Positions 1 to 12,370 of a DNA stretch of 64,000 nucleotides are shown one piece after another. The stretch is from Somniosus microcephalus (taxonomy: Eukaryota): assembly GCA_052327205.1 (NCBI GenBank), contig CM126221.1, forward strand, positions 43,338,001-43,402,000, in the 5' to 3' direction. Below the pieces are notes generated by a model. The model saw only the letters and a list, made by a program, of their open reading frames with translations. It was not told the origin of the DNA and ran no database searches. Every line of letters starts with the position of its first letter. The first letter of the stretch is position 1. A program made the translations under genes and the position numbers.

Positions 1-480
1 AACCACTCTGAGTAAAGAAATGTCTCCTTATTTCCCCATTGGATTTATTAGTAACTGTCTTGTATTTATGGCCCCTAGTTTTGGATTCTCCCACAAGTGG
101 AAACATTCTCTCCACATCTACCCTGCCCAACCCATTCATAATTTTAAAGGCCTCTAACAGGTCACCTCTAAGTCGTCTCTTTTCTAAAGAAAAAAGCCCC
201 ATCCCGTTCAATCTTTTCCGATACCTGTAATCTCTCAGTTCTGGTACCATCTTTGTAAATCTTTGTCCCACTTTCGCCAGTGCTTCTATGTCCATTTTAT
301 AGTATGGAGACCAGAACTGTGCACAGTACTCGCTAAGTACAGCCTGACCAGGGCCCTATACAAGTGTAACATATCTTCACTACTTCTGAATTCTATACCC
401 CTGGAAATAAAGCCCAGTGCTTTAACGTTTTTAATTGCTTTGCTGACCAGCGATGCTGCTTTTAATGATTTATTCACCGA
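1..480 (-). mobile_element. CR1-type LINE 3' RT fragment, degenerate
   Basis: Minus-strand translation KALGFISRGIEFRSSEDMLHLYRALVR..L resembles the CR1 ORF2 C-terminal region. Confidence 0.8.
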
Positions 481-3454
481 TCCTATCACAAAAGTTGTAA
501 AAAGTACTGCACTGAAAACTGCTTGTTGAGAGAACCAGGCGTTAACAATCTGAGGGTTATATTTGTAATTCATTTTTACTATGATTAATATCAATGAATA
601 TTTTGTAATCTGAAGAATGCCTGTAGGATGTGTGCACAATAACAGAGCAAATGGTTTTCATCTGAAAATGACTGTGTAAGTGGTGCTTACTCCCATACAT
701 GTAAAGAACTGATTTTTGGGGGGGAAATTAACTGAAGGAACATTGATTGCTATTCACAAAGTTTAGTGAATAGAAACCACTGTGTGTTAATTTGCTGTTA
801 AAATGTTGTAGCTGCATTGACTGTGAACATTGAACATTTGTGTTCCCCCTTCCAAAGCTCTGCTTTGGAAAAAAAAAATGCTCAAAACCAAAGAAGCTTT
901 TGAGAAAATAAAGAATATATTGTGACTAATAATAATGCTATTTCAGGAACTCCAGTGAATACAAGCTATTATAGTAATCTGAGTTTCCATAGCACTTTCA
1001 CAAGCTTTTTGATCGTGCTGTAAAACAATACACCAGGGAATGTTTTCTTAAACTGGTGGGCTGATGGCCGTTTACCCTGTCCATTACTGTGGTTGTATCA
1101 CTGTGACTGGCTGAGAGCAGCAAAACAAGGAAACTAAGGGGGCAGGGATTGGAGAGGCACCCAGTACATGACAAAACAGAAAAGGAATTTCAAGTCTGAT
1201 TTAGTATTTCCGTAAGATTGTGCTGAAAAAGGCAAAAATCTTTTCCCCTAGAATGTCTTGCATTCCATTGGCTAATCTGGTGCTGAGGAGAAATGTTTTA
1301 CATTGCACAGGGTTTATTTTAGTTTTTAATTATAGGGGCTGCCTGTTTTGTTGAATTCAAGAGTCATCTTGTTAAATCAAGTGACATTAATTCTAGAATA
1401 TCCCAGATAAGCCAACGTAATTATTTTTTAGTGCGATTTATATAGCCGCTAAGAGTAGAATTTTGTAAATAAAAAAAGCTCTGTGGTCTACAAAGTTGGA
1501 AAATTAGTGAAGAGGTTTAAGATCAAGAATATTAAATACTTTGATTTTAGTTTGCTTTTGAAGTAAAAGCAAGCAGTATGTACCTTTTTTTAAATGCTAA
1601 ATTAAATTTGTGGTCTGCAATTTTCAAAGTAACTTTTAATTCTTAGATATATATTAGTGTTTTTATCCTAGATTAATGTTATTTTGATTTAGAGTAAGAG
1701 ACTGACTGCACAGAGCTGACAGAATATCCCATTTCTGAGACACTTTTTGTTAGGAAAATTGCAGAATAGTTCAACACGGTCAAAGTATTAATCTGGAGAT
1801 TTGAAGGCTTTGTTTTTAGGCTGCAGCACACTTTCCACAGTGTTAATGTCTCGTATGTAAACTACTGCACAAGCGGCAGACAAACGGCCACTAAAGAGTC
1901 GACTTTCTGAGAAGCAGCAGTTTGACCACATGGGGCTGAAACGTAAGAGGGGAAGGGGAGAGTGCACAAGGTCGAAACTTCAGCGGCATTCACAATGTTG
2001 CAGGACTGGCGGTGAAAATAGGATCACAACAGATGCTACTCAGAGAGTGTGTGTGTGTGAGAGCGAGCAAGCAGAAAAGGGCGTTTCTTTGTCTGTGCAG
2101 CAGGGAGACACTGAAGTCAGTAGAGGGAGAAAAAATGCAGTGGAAACCGTTTGCCTAGTGTACTGTTTAAGATCCCGTGGCAGTTAAACAATCGAGTAAA
2201 ATAAGTAAGTGTTTAAAACTCTTTTATAACCTCTATCTAAGTTCTGGAAAGTTGTCACGGCTGCTACGGGATTCTTTGTGGCTGTGAAAGCGTAACTGCA
2301 TCTAATTAGCCACAGAAGCTGACGTAGGCTATGGGATTAATCACAGCAACTTCAGATTGCCCATGAGCACGCCAGTCCTGCTAACTTTCTTTAAACAGCA
2401 CATGCTAAGGAAGGAACTGCCCTGGGAGAGGCTGATTTTTGGAAAGACTGGACAGAACGCAGAAGCTCACAGAACCCTTTTGTTCAAGAGTAAAAGTTTG
2501 CCTTGCAGAATGTGACAGCTGGATACAACGCTTTCAAGAACTGGGAAGAAAATTAACTTTGTCCTGCATCTCTTGTCTGGTTGCTACAGATCATAAACCA
2601 AGAGGAAGAAGAAAAGCTTTTTTGCCAACTGATGTGGGGGAAAATAACACTTGGACTGAAACAGGAATAGATAAATTAGCAAACCTTGCTGAATTAGGAG
2701 CTGACAACTCTAAACATCAGTGTGTTTCACGTTGGAGTTATTTTTGCTCTCAGTGCTCTTCAATAGATAAACAGTGTAAACTAGACACTGACTGGAATTA
2801 CAGAATCAGCCAGACTGGTTTACTAACATCAACCTGCAAGGAATTGATTTATAGGTAATAACCTAACATCATTTTTTAAAAATAATAAAAGAAACCTCAT
2901 CTGGAACGTTTTAGTCATTGTTCTGAAGTTGTGCAGTTTTTTAAAAATGCCATGATGTTGCTAAGAAAGGAAGCAGCTGAAGCGCCCCTGATTGAAGAAC
3001 TTCCTGTCTTTGAATCTGCCGGAATATCCGCCAAGAATCACTTTTCAAAAGAAAACATGTCGATTTTCAAGGACTGCCTCTCTTGCAGCAGCCGGGTACT
3101 TGGGCATTGTAGTTTGTGGTTAAAATGAAAGGAATTTACACAGAGTTGGACTACAGCATATGAAAGGCCTTATTCTTATCAGCCAAGATGCATATGAACA
3201 GAGAACCTGAATTGACTGCACAAATGTAGTTTTGGCTATTTTTCGTAGAAGTGATTTTACTGATCGGATGTGCTTCATTGATATGTGACAAGTGAGTAAT
3301 ACATGCTGTTGGAACATCTACACTTTAACGACTGTTGGTGAATTAATTAAAATTCACAAACAGATTTCTCTGTTGGATTTAAAGTGTAAGTCACTAACTG
3401 CTGAAAGTTAGATCAATTTTTCTTCTTGTGGATTTTTTAAATCACTGTGGAACT

Positions 3455-6400
3455 ATGGGGAAGCCACTCAGCAGGCCAGACTGTTTACGACGTAATAATC
3501 CTACCTGTTTAGGAAAAAGTGAAGAGGATGATATGTACATTGAAGATTGCTACATTCCACAAAGATCCATATATGACACTATGAGAATTAATGAACAGAT
3601 AGACCTTGGATCGAAGGCGAACCAGCCATCAAGAAATTTTGCTGATCACACACACTCACAAAGCCAGAGAGCTGTAGAGACTAGCACTTTATCAAGTAAT
3701 GGAACTCCCACTACATCCAGTGTATTTGAAACAAGAACTAGTTCTGAAAGTAAAAAATTAGATGAAAGAGTCATATTTGATGCATTAAAACTGAGCAGTG
3801 ATGTGATTCGGTCCTCTGGCCCACCAAAGAGGAGGCCTCATGCGGAGAGGAAAGAGAACGTAAACAGGAGATCATGGAAAGCTTTCCTGCCACCAAACTT
3901 CCCAGACTTCACAGAAAGAACTGAGATCCCAGCAAATGAGCCTGCAGGTAGTGCAAACTCAATTAAAGAGAAAAGACATTCTAGCCACTTGCCTGTTGAA
4001 TTACCTAATCTCGCTCCTGAAAAAGAATTGGCCATAGTTAAATCAACAATAGAAAATGAAAAAAAATCCACAGGAACCCTGGCATTTCAGCAAGGAGCAG
4101 AAAGCACATTGAAAGATGCGACAGTATTCTCTCAAAGTTCAGAAAGTGAATGTGCTCCATTGCTGGAGTACAAGGATGTACCGATGATGACGAGACATTT
4201 ACCGGAGAATCGTACATGTATATCTGCAACCTGGCCAAGAGCCTTCAGGGCCAAAGGGACATTAGATGATGCCTCATTTATGCATAGAAGAGCATATGAA
4301 ATAGCACAAGAAAGGAGAGCTATATATGCAGCATCAATTGAGTGTGGAGGTGTTTCAGATTTGGGTACAACCAAACTGGACACTGATATTGTATATAACA
4401 TGCAGGAGGTTACTGCTAAATTTGAAGACCAGGATTATGATGTGGAATTCAAAAGCCATGTAAATCCTGAGATAGAGGAGCAATGTGAAGATGAAGAAAT
4501 GCTGTTTGATTTGGAATTTCTTAGTGAAGAATCAGCACTTCAGCAGCTGGATGCTATAATCCTGGAAAGTACAGAGAGAGACACAGACTCGCTGTTACAA
4601 TTTGAACAAGAAGAGCAGAGATTGACTGAAAACAAAGAATATCTCAATGAAGAATCAGCACTTCAACAGCTAGGTGCTGCAATCACAGAGGAAGATACAG
4701 ACTCTCTATTAAGATTTGGAGAAGAGCAAATACTGATTGATAACAAAGAATTTGGTCAAAAATCAGCATTTCAACAACTAGATGCTGTAATGGAAACGAC
4801 AGAGGGAGATACTGACTCTCTGCTACAATTTGAAGAACAAGAGAGAAGCCTGATTGAAGACAGCGAAGTTCTTGATGAAGAATCAGCACTTCAGCAGCTA
4901 GATGCTGTAATCTTGGAAAGCACAGAGAGAGATACGGACTCGCTGCTACAGTTTGAAGAAGAGGAGCGGAGATTGACTGAAAATAAAGAATATCTCAGTG
5001 AAGAATCGGCACTTCAGCAGCTAGATGCTGTAATCTTGGAAAGCACAGAGAGAGATACGGACTCGCTGCTACAGTTTGAAGAAGAGGAGCGGAGATTGAC
5101 TGAAAACAAAGAATATCTCAGTGAAGAATCGGCACTTCAACAACTAGATGCTGCAATCATGGAAATCACAGAGGAACATACAGACTCTCTAAGATTTGAA
5201 GAAGAGCAAATACTGATTGATGACAAAGAACTTGGTCAGAAATCAGCATTTCAACAACTCGATACTGTAATGGAAACCACAGAGGGAGATACTGACTCTC
5301 TGCTACAAGTTGAAGAACAAGAGAGAAGCCTGATTGAAGACAGCAAAGTTCTTGATGAAGAATCAGCACTTCAGCAGCTAGATGCTGTAATTGTGGAAAG
5401 CACAGAAGGAGACACAGATTCTTTGTTACAGTTTGAAGAGGAAGAGAATCAATTAATGGAGGATGACAAAATAATGGAATCTGATGTGTTGACAGAAGGG
5501 GGAGAAAACTTTATAACTATTCAAAAATCAAGCGCTTCAGTTGAAGAGAGTTCAGAAGAAGAAGGGAAAATCATCGAAGAGTTAGAAAGTAGACCACAAA
5601 GCAATTCAAAAGGCACTGGGAGAATGACTGCAAGTGAACAGAAATCCGCTACTAACACAGATTGGAAAAATAACACGAATCAGAAAGAGTGCGCTTTTGA
5701 ATCTGATGTACAACAGTCAGATGCAGACATTGACACCACTGGACCAGAGGACGATGATGTATACCAGCAAGAGATTACAGCTGTGTCAAAAGAGGATTGT
5801 ACTATAAAATTCAGTCATGATGTCTGCAAGGAAATTGTGGTTGATGCAGAAGAGGTGCTAGTCGATTTAGATGAAAACTCTAATTGTGATAAAGAAATCG
5901 CTGTTGTGTTTGAGGCAGGGGCTACAGGTACTGAACCTGAAATCTTAATCAAGGAATGTGGAATGCATTACCCTGTCATTAAAAAAGATGGGCAACAAAG
6001 CTCTGTTCAGTTAGAAGAATATGAAACAATTGTTCAGTATCCTACAGCAGATTCATCTATACCATCAGGTTTAAATCTCACTTGCTGTGCTCAGGAAGTG
6101 GGAATGCCCGATGTGGAGGAGAACAAGGAAATGCGGGCAAACTCTCTGCAATTAAATAAACATAATATCATTATTGAATATCCTTCAAAGGACTCCACTG
6201 TCGCATCATGTCCAGATCTCTCATACTGTGCTCAGGAGGTGGCAACATTGCCCAATGTGGGGGAGACCAAGGATATGCAGGCAGCTTTTGTACAATTAGA
6301 AGAATGTGAAATGGCTGTTGAGCCTCCTACTACAAATTCTCCTTTAGAATCCAGTATAGAGATCTCTAACTATACTCGGGAAGTATTTCCTAGTGTGATT

Positions 6401-7162
6401 GGTGCAGGTTCTGATGTGGAGAAATTCCCCGGTGACTCTGATGAAGTGGAGCAGGACTTTCATTCAAATAGAGAGAGCAGTAAGCACATTGAATTTGAAG
6501 TACAGGAAACCAGCGTTCAATCAGAGCCATCGAACTTGGAGCTAGAACCTGATGCAACAGAGATGCAAATTCTTCGCACGGATGGTTGCACTGATATTCA
6601 GTTCAATGAGCAGAAAGATTTGATAGAACTGGATGCAGTAAAATGGTCAGAAATTCTAGAACCTGTTGCTTCGGACACAGTGGTCATACGGAGCTCAGAA
6701 CAACAGTTTGATGGTGATCCTTCAAAAATGGATTCTGAGTCCGATATGGTGGTTCAAAACATTAGATGTTACAATGAAGTACTGTTGACTGACATGGATA
6801 CTGAGCAGCTACTTGAAGCAATCAGGTTTCTCTTCCAATCTGACGAAGAAGTGGACACTATTGAAACAATTGTGACTGCACAAGCAGCTGGAGCTTTAAG
6901 TTGGGAAACTGACCTGAAGGCTGATGTGTGGGAAAATGTTTCTAGTTCATGCCTTGAGGATGAATTTATCGAAGCAGGGATGCTAGATTATTTATTTGAG
7001 TCAGAGATGAAGGAAGAATCCAGTGACTCCAATCCATGGGTATTGCCCTTGGAACCAGATCCAATTGATACAATTTTAGACACTGGTGGAGAGGACCTCG
7101 CTGTGGAACCAAATGAAGTTGATTTTTCTGTTTTAAGTGAAGTGTTGGATACAGATATTGAG
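3455..7162 (+). CDS. KIAA0754: KIAA0754-like giant exon: alternative first coding exon of MACF1 (or stand-alone ORF ending at 7189)
   Basis: Open frame 3428-7189 with first ATG at 3455. N-terminus MGKPLSRPDCLRRNNPTCLGK..YIEDCYIPQRSIYDTMRINEQID..KKLDERVIFDALKLSSDV..NVNRRSWKAFLPPNFPDF matches recalled human KIAA0754. In-frame donor GAG|GTATTT at 7162/7163. Confidence 0.88.
4523..5470 (+). repeat. Coding tandem repeat, 8 units of ~36-41 aa (EESALQQLDA..E.TE.DTDSLLQFEE)
   Basis: Visible in the translation; near-identical DNA units start at 4877 and 5000 (123-bp period). Confidence 0.95.
6001..6390 (+). repeat. Second, older coding repeat, ~3 units of ~48 aa (VQLEE.E.I.EYP..DS......L.YCAQEV)
   Basis: SVQLEEYETIVQYPTADSS..CAQEV / LQLNKHNIIIEYPSKDST..CAQEV / VQLEECEMAVEPPTTNS..YTREV. 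Confidence 0.75.
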
Positions 7163-7267
7163 GTATTTATGTTATTGCCTGATGCTTGAAAAGATTTATT
7201 TCCCTGGCAAATTTGGTGATGGGCATGACATGAAAACATATGAAATGACAGAGCGCACTGTGCCATG

Positions 7268-7273
7268 AATAAA
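7268..7273 (+). promoter_or_regulatory. Candidate intronic polyadenylation signal AATAAA
   Basis: AATAAA ~80 nt after the TGA at 7187-7189, followed by U-rich sequence; the AT-rich background makes chance occurrence possible. Confidence 0.35.
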
Positions 7274-9669
7274 TCAAAAATGTTAAACTTTTATTTTTGT
7301 TGCATATTCACATGCATCTATAATGTTTGTAACAGAGATTTAAGTAAAATGGTAAGTCACTCACATGACTAAAACTTAACTCATTGTTATAAGTCTTTTC
7401 CCTGGCCCACCCCCTCAAAAAAAGTCAGTTAAATAAATGCATTGTTCGTGAAATATAATGTGAACAGAGCAAAAGCTTTCCTCCAAGACCTGAGACTCCA
7501 GCAGCTGTATTGTTCTGACTCTGGCCTGGTGCTGCTCTAACTTGTTTAGATCAAGAATGTTGACGACCTAACCAGAGCGTCACATCCAGAATTTCAGAAA
7601 TATAACTTAACAAGTAAAAATAAAACTTGCACAGAAATGCAATATTGACTAACACTGATTATCTCTGACTGAAGGTGGTTAATATTTCAGTACTGAAATA
7701 AAGATCATTTAGATTGCTATTAGGTGTAGAATGATTTTGAATTCAGTAACTGGGCAACCTGCAAGTTCAGGTATCCGATTCCCAGTCAGACTGCTTTGGT
7801 TGGAATCTGTAAATAAACTGATATTCAAACTTTGCCACCCTTTTTAAATAAGTTTGGTTGGTTCTTGGGCTATTAAATGGAATACAAGTATAACTGGTTG
7901 TTACATAGTGGCATTGTTGGCTACTGTTCAAAAGTCTGTGGCCAAAGCCATCACCACATTATCTTGACAGAAGGGAATGTTTAAAATTCCAACAAATAAA
8001 ATTAAACACAAAAATAGTGCCTGTAAAAATGATACCTAGGTTAATGCTCAAATTTATATTCTAGCTAAAGTGAAAAAGGGGGAACCTTGGGTGATCTCCG
8101 ATCAGTACAGACAATGCATGTACGCTGAAAGCTTTAATGGAGGCAATATCAATGTATGAATATATTGCAGAAATGGCCACAAATGTGCATTACCACAGGC
8201 ATTGTAGTGGTCAGTTATTTCAACTTTTGGTTCAAAAAGAAAAGTTTATTCCATATAGCCTCACTGAGTCTCACTGCTGAATAATGCTTGGATCCAGACT
8301 ATTTGCACATGACTTACCTTCCTTAGAACAGCAAGCACCAAACAACTTCACCTAACCACTTTACATTTGAACCAACAAGTTCACTTATAGACACATGAGA
8401 ATTGAATCCACATATGTACAATCCTGGTATAATATTTTGGGGACACCATGTCAATTACCTTTTTGTATATTAGGATTTCCCTCATTACCACACATTGCAC
8501 ATTCCACGAGAGAGTGGGAAAATGGGTTGTTTTCCAATCTCTGTCAGTACTGTCATTTAATTAGACTACAAAATGTGAGAGAGAAGAGCTGTGTGACTGA
8601 CCATTCTTCTCACCTCCCTCAGCGGCCCAACTCAAAATCAAGAATTCACTATCCAGGGAACTGCCTTGGAGAAGTGACATCTATATTTTTCTTGATGCAG
8701 CATAACTGTACCTTCTTTTCAGTGCGTGTTAAACTTTTTCTATTTTTTATTCATGTATACATTTAAATATGTTCAGGACCTCTCCATATTGCCCATGAAT
8801 TGAGAATTCCTATTTCAAATTAATAGTAATTGGTGATTATTCCAATCTTTCTAGAAATTGAATGGTTATGGTCAATTGCTAGAAATTAGATCATATAATT
8901 ATATAGTTGCATTGAACTTAGTAACAAAATAGTTTACACTACCTGACAGCTTATCAAATTTGGGAAAGTTTTGATATTTTTACATTCTTGCGTAGTACTT
9001 ATTTCACTTTTTTTCAATTGTGTTTGTGTTATTTACATAAATGGGGTAATGCTTCGGAACGAGTACACTCAGCGATGTCATTGTGTTCGATTTTGTGAAA
9101 ATAGTTCCCCAGCTGAGCATGAACACCACTGAAAATTACACCTCTGGTGTTGACTAACTTTATTGCTTTAAAAGCATACATACTAATTTTTTGCCTGCAG
9201 CATAGAATTATGAATTATATAACTAGCAACCCATTTGAGTTCTGAATTAATCAGGAAATCCTTGCCTTGATCCGTTTCCAACAACTCCTTGCTGCCTGAC
9301 TACTTTGATTCTATAGATATTTTAATCTGAGAATACAGCTGCATGTTCATTGTTACAGACAAAAACATATCACAAGCCAGATCCTCCTTCATTGCTGACC
9401 TTGGTTAAAAGGATGTCATTAGGAACTGCCGCCAGCTTACTTTGTTTTGAATATTCTTAGCTGTCTTAATGCAATAACAGGACCCAGATCTCAACAATGA
9501 ACTCTGAATTATCTTATGTAATAACTTAGCCTAATGGGTTGAAACCAAAATCTGGTTATCTGATGTTGGACTTTAATGTGTGGATGCAGGCAGACATTAG
9601 TTTGACCAGAGTTTGACCGTTTTAAAAATTCTGGTCGTCTTATAAAAAGCTTTATGAAGTTTGTTTTTG

Positions 9670-9857
9670 TTCATTCGCCAGATGCAGGCGTAGGTGGTAA
9701 GGCTAGCATTTATTACCAATCCATAGTTGCCCTGAGAAGATGGTGGTAGGCTGCCTTCTTGAACCGCTGCAGACTGTTTGGTGAAGGTGTCCCCACAATG
9801 CTATTGGGTAGGGTGTTCCAGAATTTTGTCTCGGCAGCAATGAAGGAACAGCAATAT
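9670..9857 (-). mobile_element. 3' portion of an older LINE interrupted by an L2 insertion
   Basis: ...gaaggaacagcaatata resumes as ..ccaagtcaggatg at ~10933, as in a common shark LINE recalled from memory. Confidence 0.6.
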
Positions 9858-10932
9858 ACAATAACAGCAACTTGTATTTATATAGCGCCTTTAATGTAGT
9901 AAAACGCCCCAAGGCACTTCACAGGAGTATTATAAGACAAAAAAAATTTACACTGAGCCACGTATGGAGAAGTTAGGGCAGATGACCAAAAGCTTGGTCA
10001 AAGAGAGAGGTTTTAAGGAGCGTCTTAAAGGAGGAAAGAGAGGTGGAGGAGTTTAGGCAGGGAATTTCAGAGCTTGGGGCCTAGGCAACAGAAGGCACGG
10101 TCACCAATGGTTGAGCAATTATGATCAGGGATGCTCAAGAGGGCAGAATTAGAGGAGCGCAGATATCTCGGTGGGTTGGGGGGACCGGTTGTGGGACAGA
10201 AGGAAATTACAGAGATAGGGAGGGGCGAGGCCATGGAGGGATTTGAAAACCAGGATGAGAATTTTGAAATTGAGGCATTGCTTAACCGGGAGCCAATGTA
10301 GGTCAGCGAGCACAGGGGTGATGGGTGAATGGGACTTGGTGCGAGTTAGGACACGGGCAGCTGAGTTTTGGATGACCTCAAGTTTACGTAGGGTAGAATG
10401 TGGGAGGCCAGCCAGGAGTGCGTTGGAATAGTCAAGTCTAGAGGTAGCAAAGGCATGGGTGAGGGCTTCAGCAGCGGATGAGCTGAGGCAAGGGTGTAGA
10501 CAGGCGATGTTACGGAGGTGGAAATAAGCTGTTTTCGTTATGCCGCGGTTATGTGGTAGGAAGCTCATTTCCGGGTCAAATATGACACCAAGGTTGCGAA
10601 CAGTGTGGTTCAGCCTCAAACAGATGTTCGGGAGAGGGATGGAGTCGGTGGCTAGGGAATGGAGTTTGTGGCGGGGACCGAAAACAATGGCTTCCGTCTT
10701 CCCAATATTTAATTGGAGAAAATTTCTGCTCATCCAGAACTGGATGTCAGACAAGCAGTCTAACAATTTAGGGACCATGGAGGGGTCGAGCGAAGTGGTG
10801 AGGTAGAGCTAGGTGTCGTCAGCGTACACGTGGAAACTGATGTTGTGTTTTCGGATGATGTTGCCAAGGGGCAGCATGTAGATGAGAAATAGGAGGGGGC
10901 CAAGGATAGATCCTTGGGGGACACCAGAGGTA
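9858..10932 (-). mobile_element. L2-clade LINE, 5'-truncated
   Basis: ORF 10149-10778(-) WMSRNFLQLNIGKTEAIVFG..SRLDYSNALLAGLP..LHWLPV; typical L2 3' tail (caacttgtatttatatagcgccttt) at ~9860-9900. Confidence 0.92.
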
Positions 10933-11430
10933 ACGTCCAAGTCAGGATGATGTACAACTTGGAAGTGATGATGTTCCCATGCACTTGCTGCCTTTGTCCT
11001 TCTAGTTGGTGGAGTTCATGAGTTTGGGAGGTGCTGTCAAAGAAGTCTTGGCATGTTGCTACAGTGTAGATAGTGCACACTACTGCCACTGTACACTGGT
11101 GGTGGATGGGATGGATGTTTAGGCTAGTGAATGAGGTGCTGATCAAGCAGACTGCTTTGTCCTGGATGGTGTCGAACTTCTTGAGTATTGTAGCAGTTGC
11201 ACTCATCCAGGCAAGTGGAGAGTATTCCATCACACTCCTGACTTGTGCCTTTTTGGTGGTCAGGCGGTGAGCCATTCGCTGCAGAATACCCATCCTCTGA
11301 CCTGTAGCAGCCACAGCATTTTGTGTGGCTGGTCAAGTTGATTTTCTGATCAGTGATGACCCCCCGAGGATGTTGGTGGGGGACTCGACAATGATAATTC
11401 CATTGAATGTCATGGGGGATGTGCTTACAC
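10933..11430 (-). mobile_element. Remainder of the older LINE (RT C-terminal region)
   Basis: Minus translation KAQVRSVMEYSPLAWMSA...KFDTIQDKAVCLI. Confidence 0.75.
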
Positions 11431-12210
11431 TCTCTCTTGTTAGCACTTTAGAACCTTGCAAAACGGATTTTTATTGTTTAAAAGTTACAACAGGCGTGCA
11501 TCCTGTTACTCAGCAGGCTGCTGTCTGGGCACCAACATCAATGATGTAACATCTCAAACCACAGTGATTCACTGCCCAAACAGGAAGTTCCCAATAGCCC
11601 ATCCGTTTTAAGGTTTGGGAGGAGAAACACTTCTCAACAGTTGTTACACCTCCAATGGATAGGGGTTAGAATTTTGCAGAAACCTTAACTCCTCGATGTA
11701 TTTCTTTTTCTCCTTTCCATCTTTAGGTTCCATAGTTTTCCTCTTGCTAATACATTAGTTTGTTTGGGATGGTGTGGGCCGTGAAATTAATCCTCCCTGC
11801 TGGGACACTCCATTCCTTAACCGCTTTAATACTCAAAGGATATTTCCAATTAACTCGATTATCATTCACATGGCATAGAATTTTTTTTCTTTTCTATCAT
11901 AAGCTGCACTATGTACATTAGAACTATCTACATTGCATGAAAAGTGTCTGCTTGAAATCAGATTTCCTGGCATTCAAAAGTTGTACTTATTAACAGAGAT
12001 TTTATTTTTTGCCGTTTGCAGGTAAGTAATTACATTGTTAGCTGAGCCCATGGGCTTCGACTTCCCTTCTGCTTTTTGCATTCAAAATGTACTGCGTTTA
12101 CTACTGTGAAAGCTGTTGAAACATTTTCTGGTGTTGGTCATTTACATGGTCAAGCACAGTTTTACACAAACACTTTAGGTCAAGATACTTTCTTGGTTCT
12201 CTAAAAACAA

Positions 12211-12370
12211 TGGGGTATAAATACGTCTTGGAGGGTAACACAAAACGGGTCATAGCGAATCGGCAACCCATTTTTCACTGCCGGAATTTTTTTTCAAATG
12301 AGTTATTTGGAAAATGATTTGCTGATTCGCTGTTGCCCTTTTTGCGCTACTCCCCAAGTCAAATTTAGAA
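12211..12370. mobile_element. Degenerate palindromic MITE-like element (Harbinger-type ends)
   Basis: Imperfect inverted arms: caaaacgggtcatagcgaatcggca ... tgctgattcgctgttgccctttttg. Confidence 0.4.

Noticed and set aside
2439-3317. ORFs of 65-139 aa upstream of the giant exon
   Set aside because: No recognisable domain, non-ATG starts in part, no convincing splice sites; likely UTR or intron
3428-3454. ORF-track start at GTG 3428
   Set aside because: Non-ATG start; recognisable homology begins at ATG 3455
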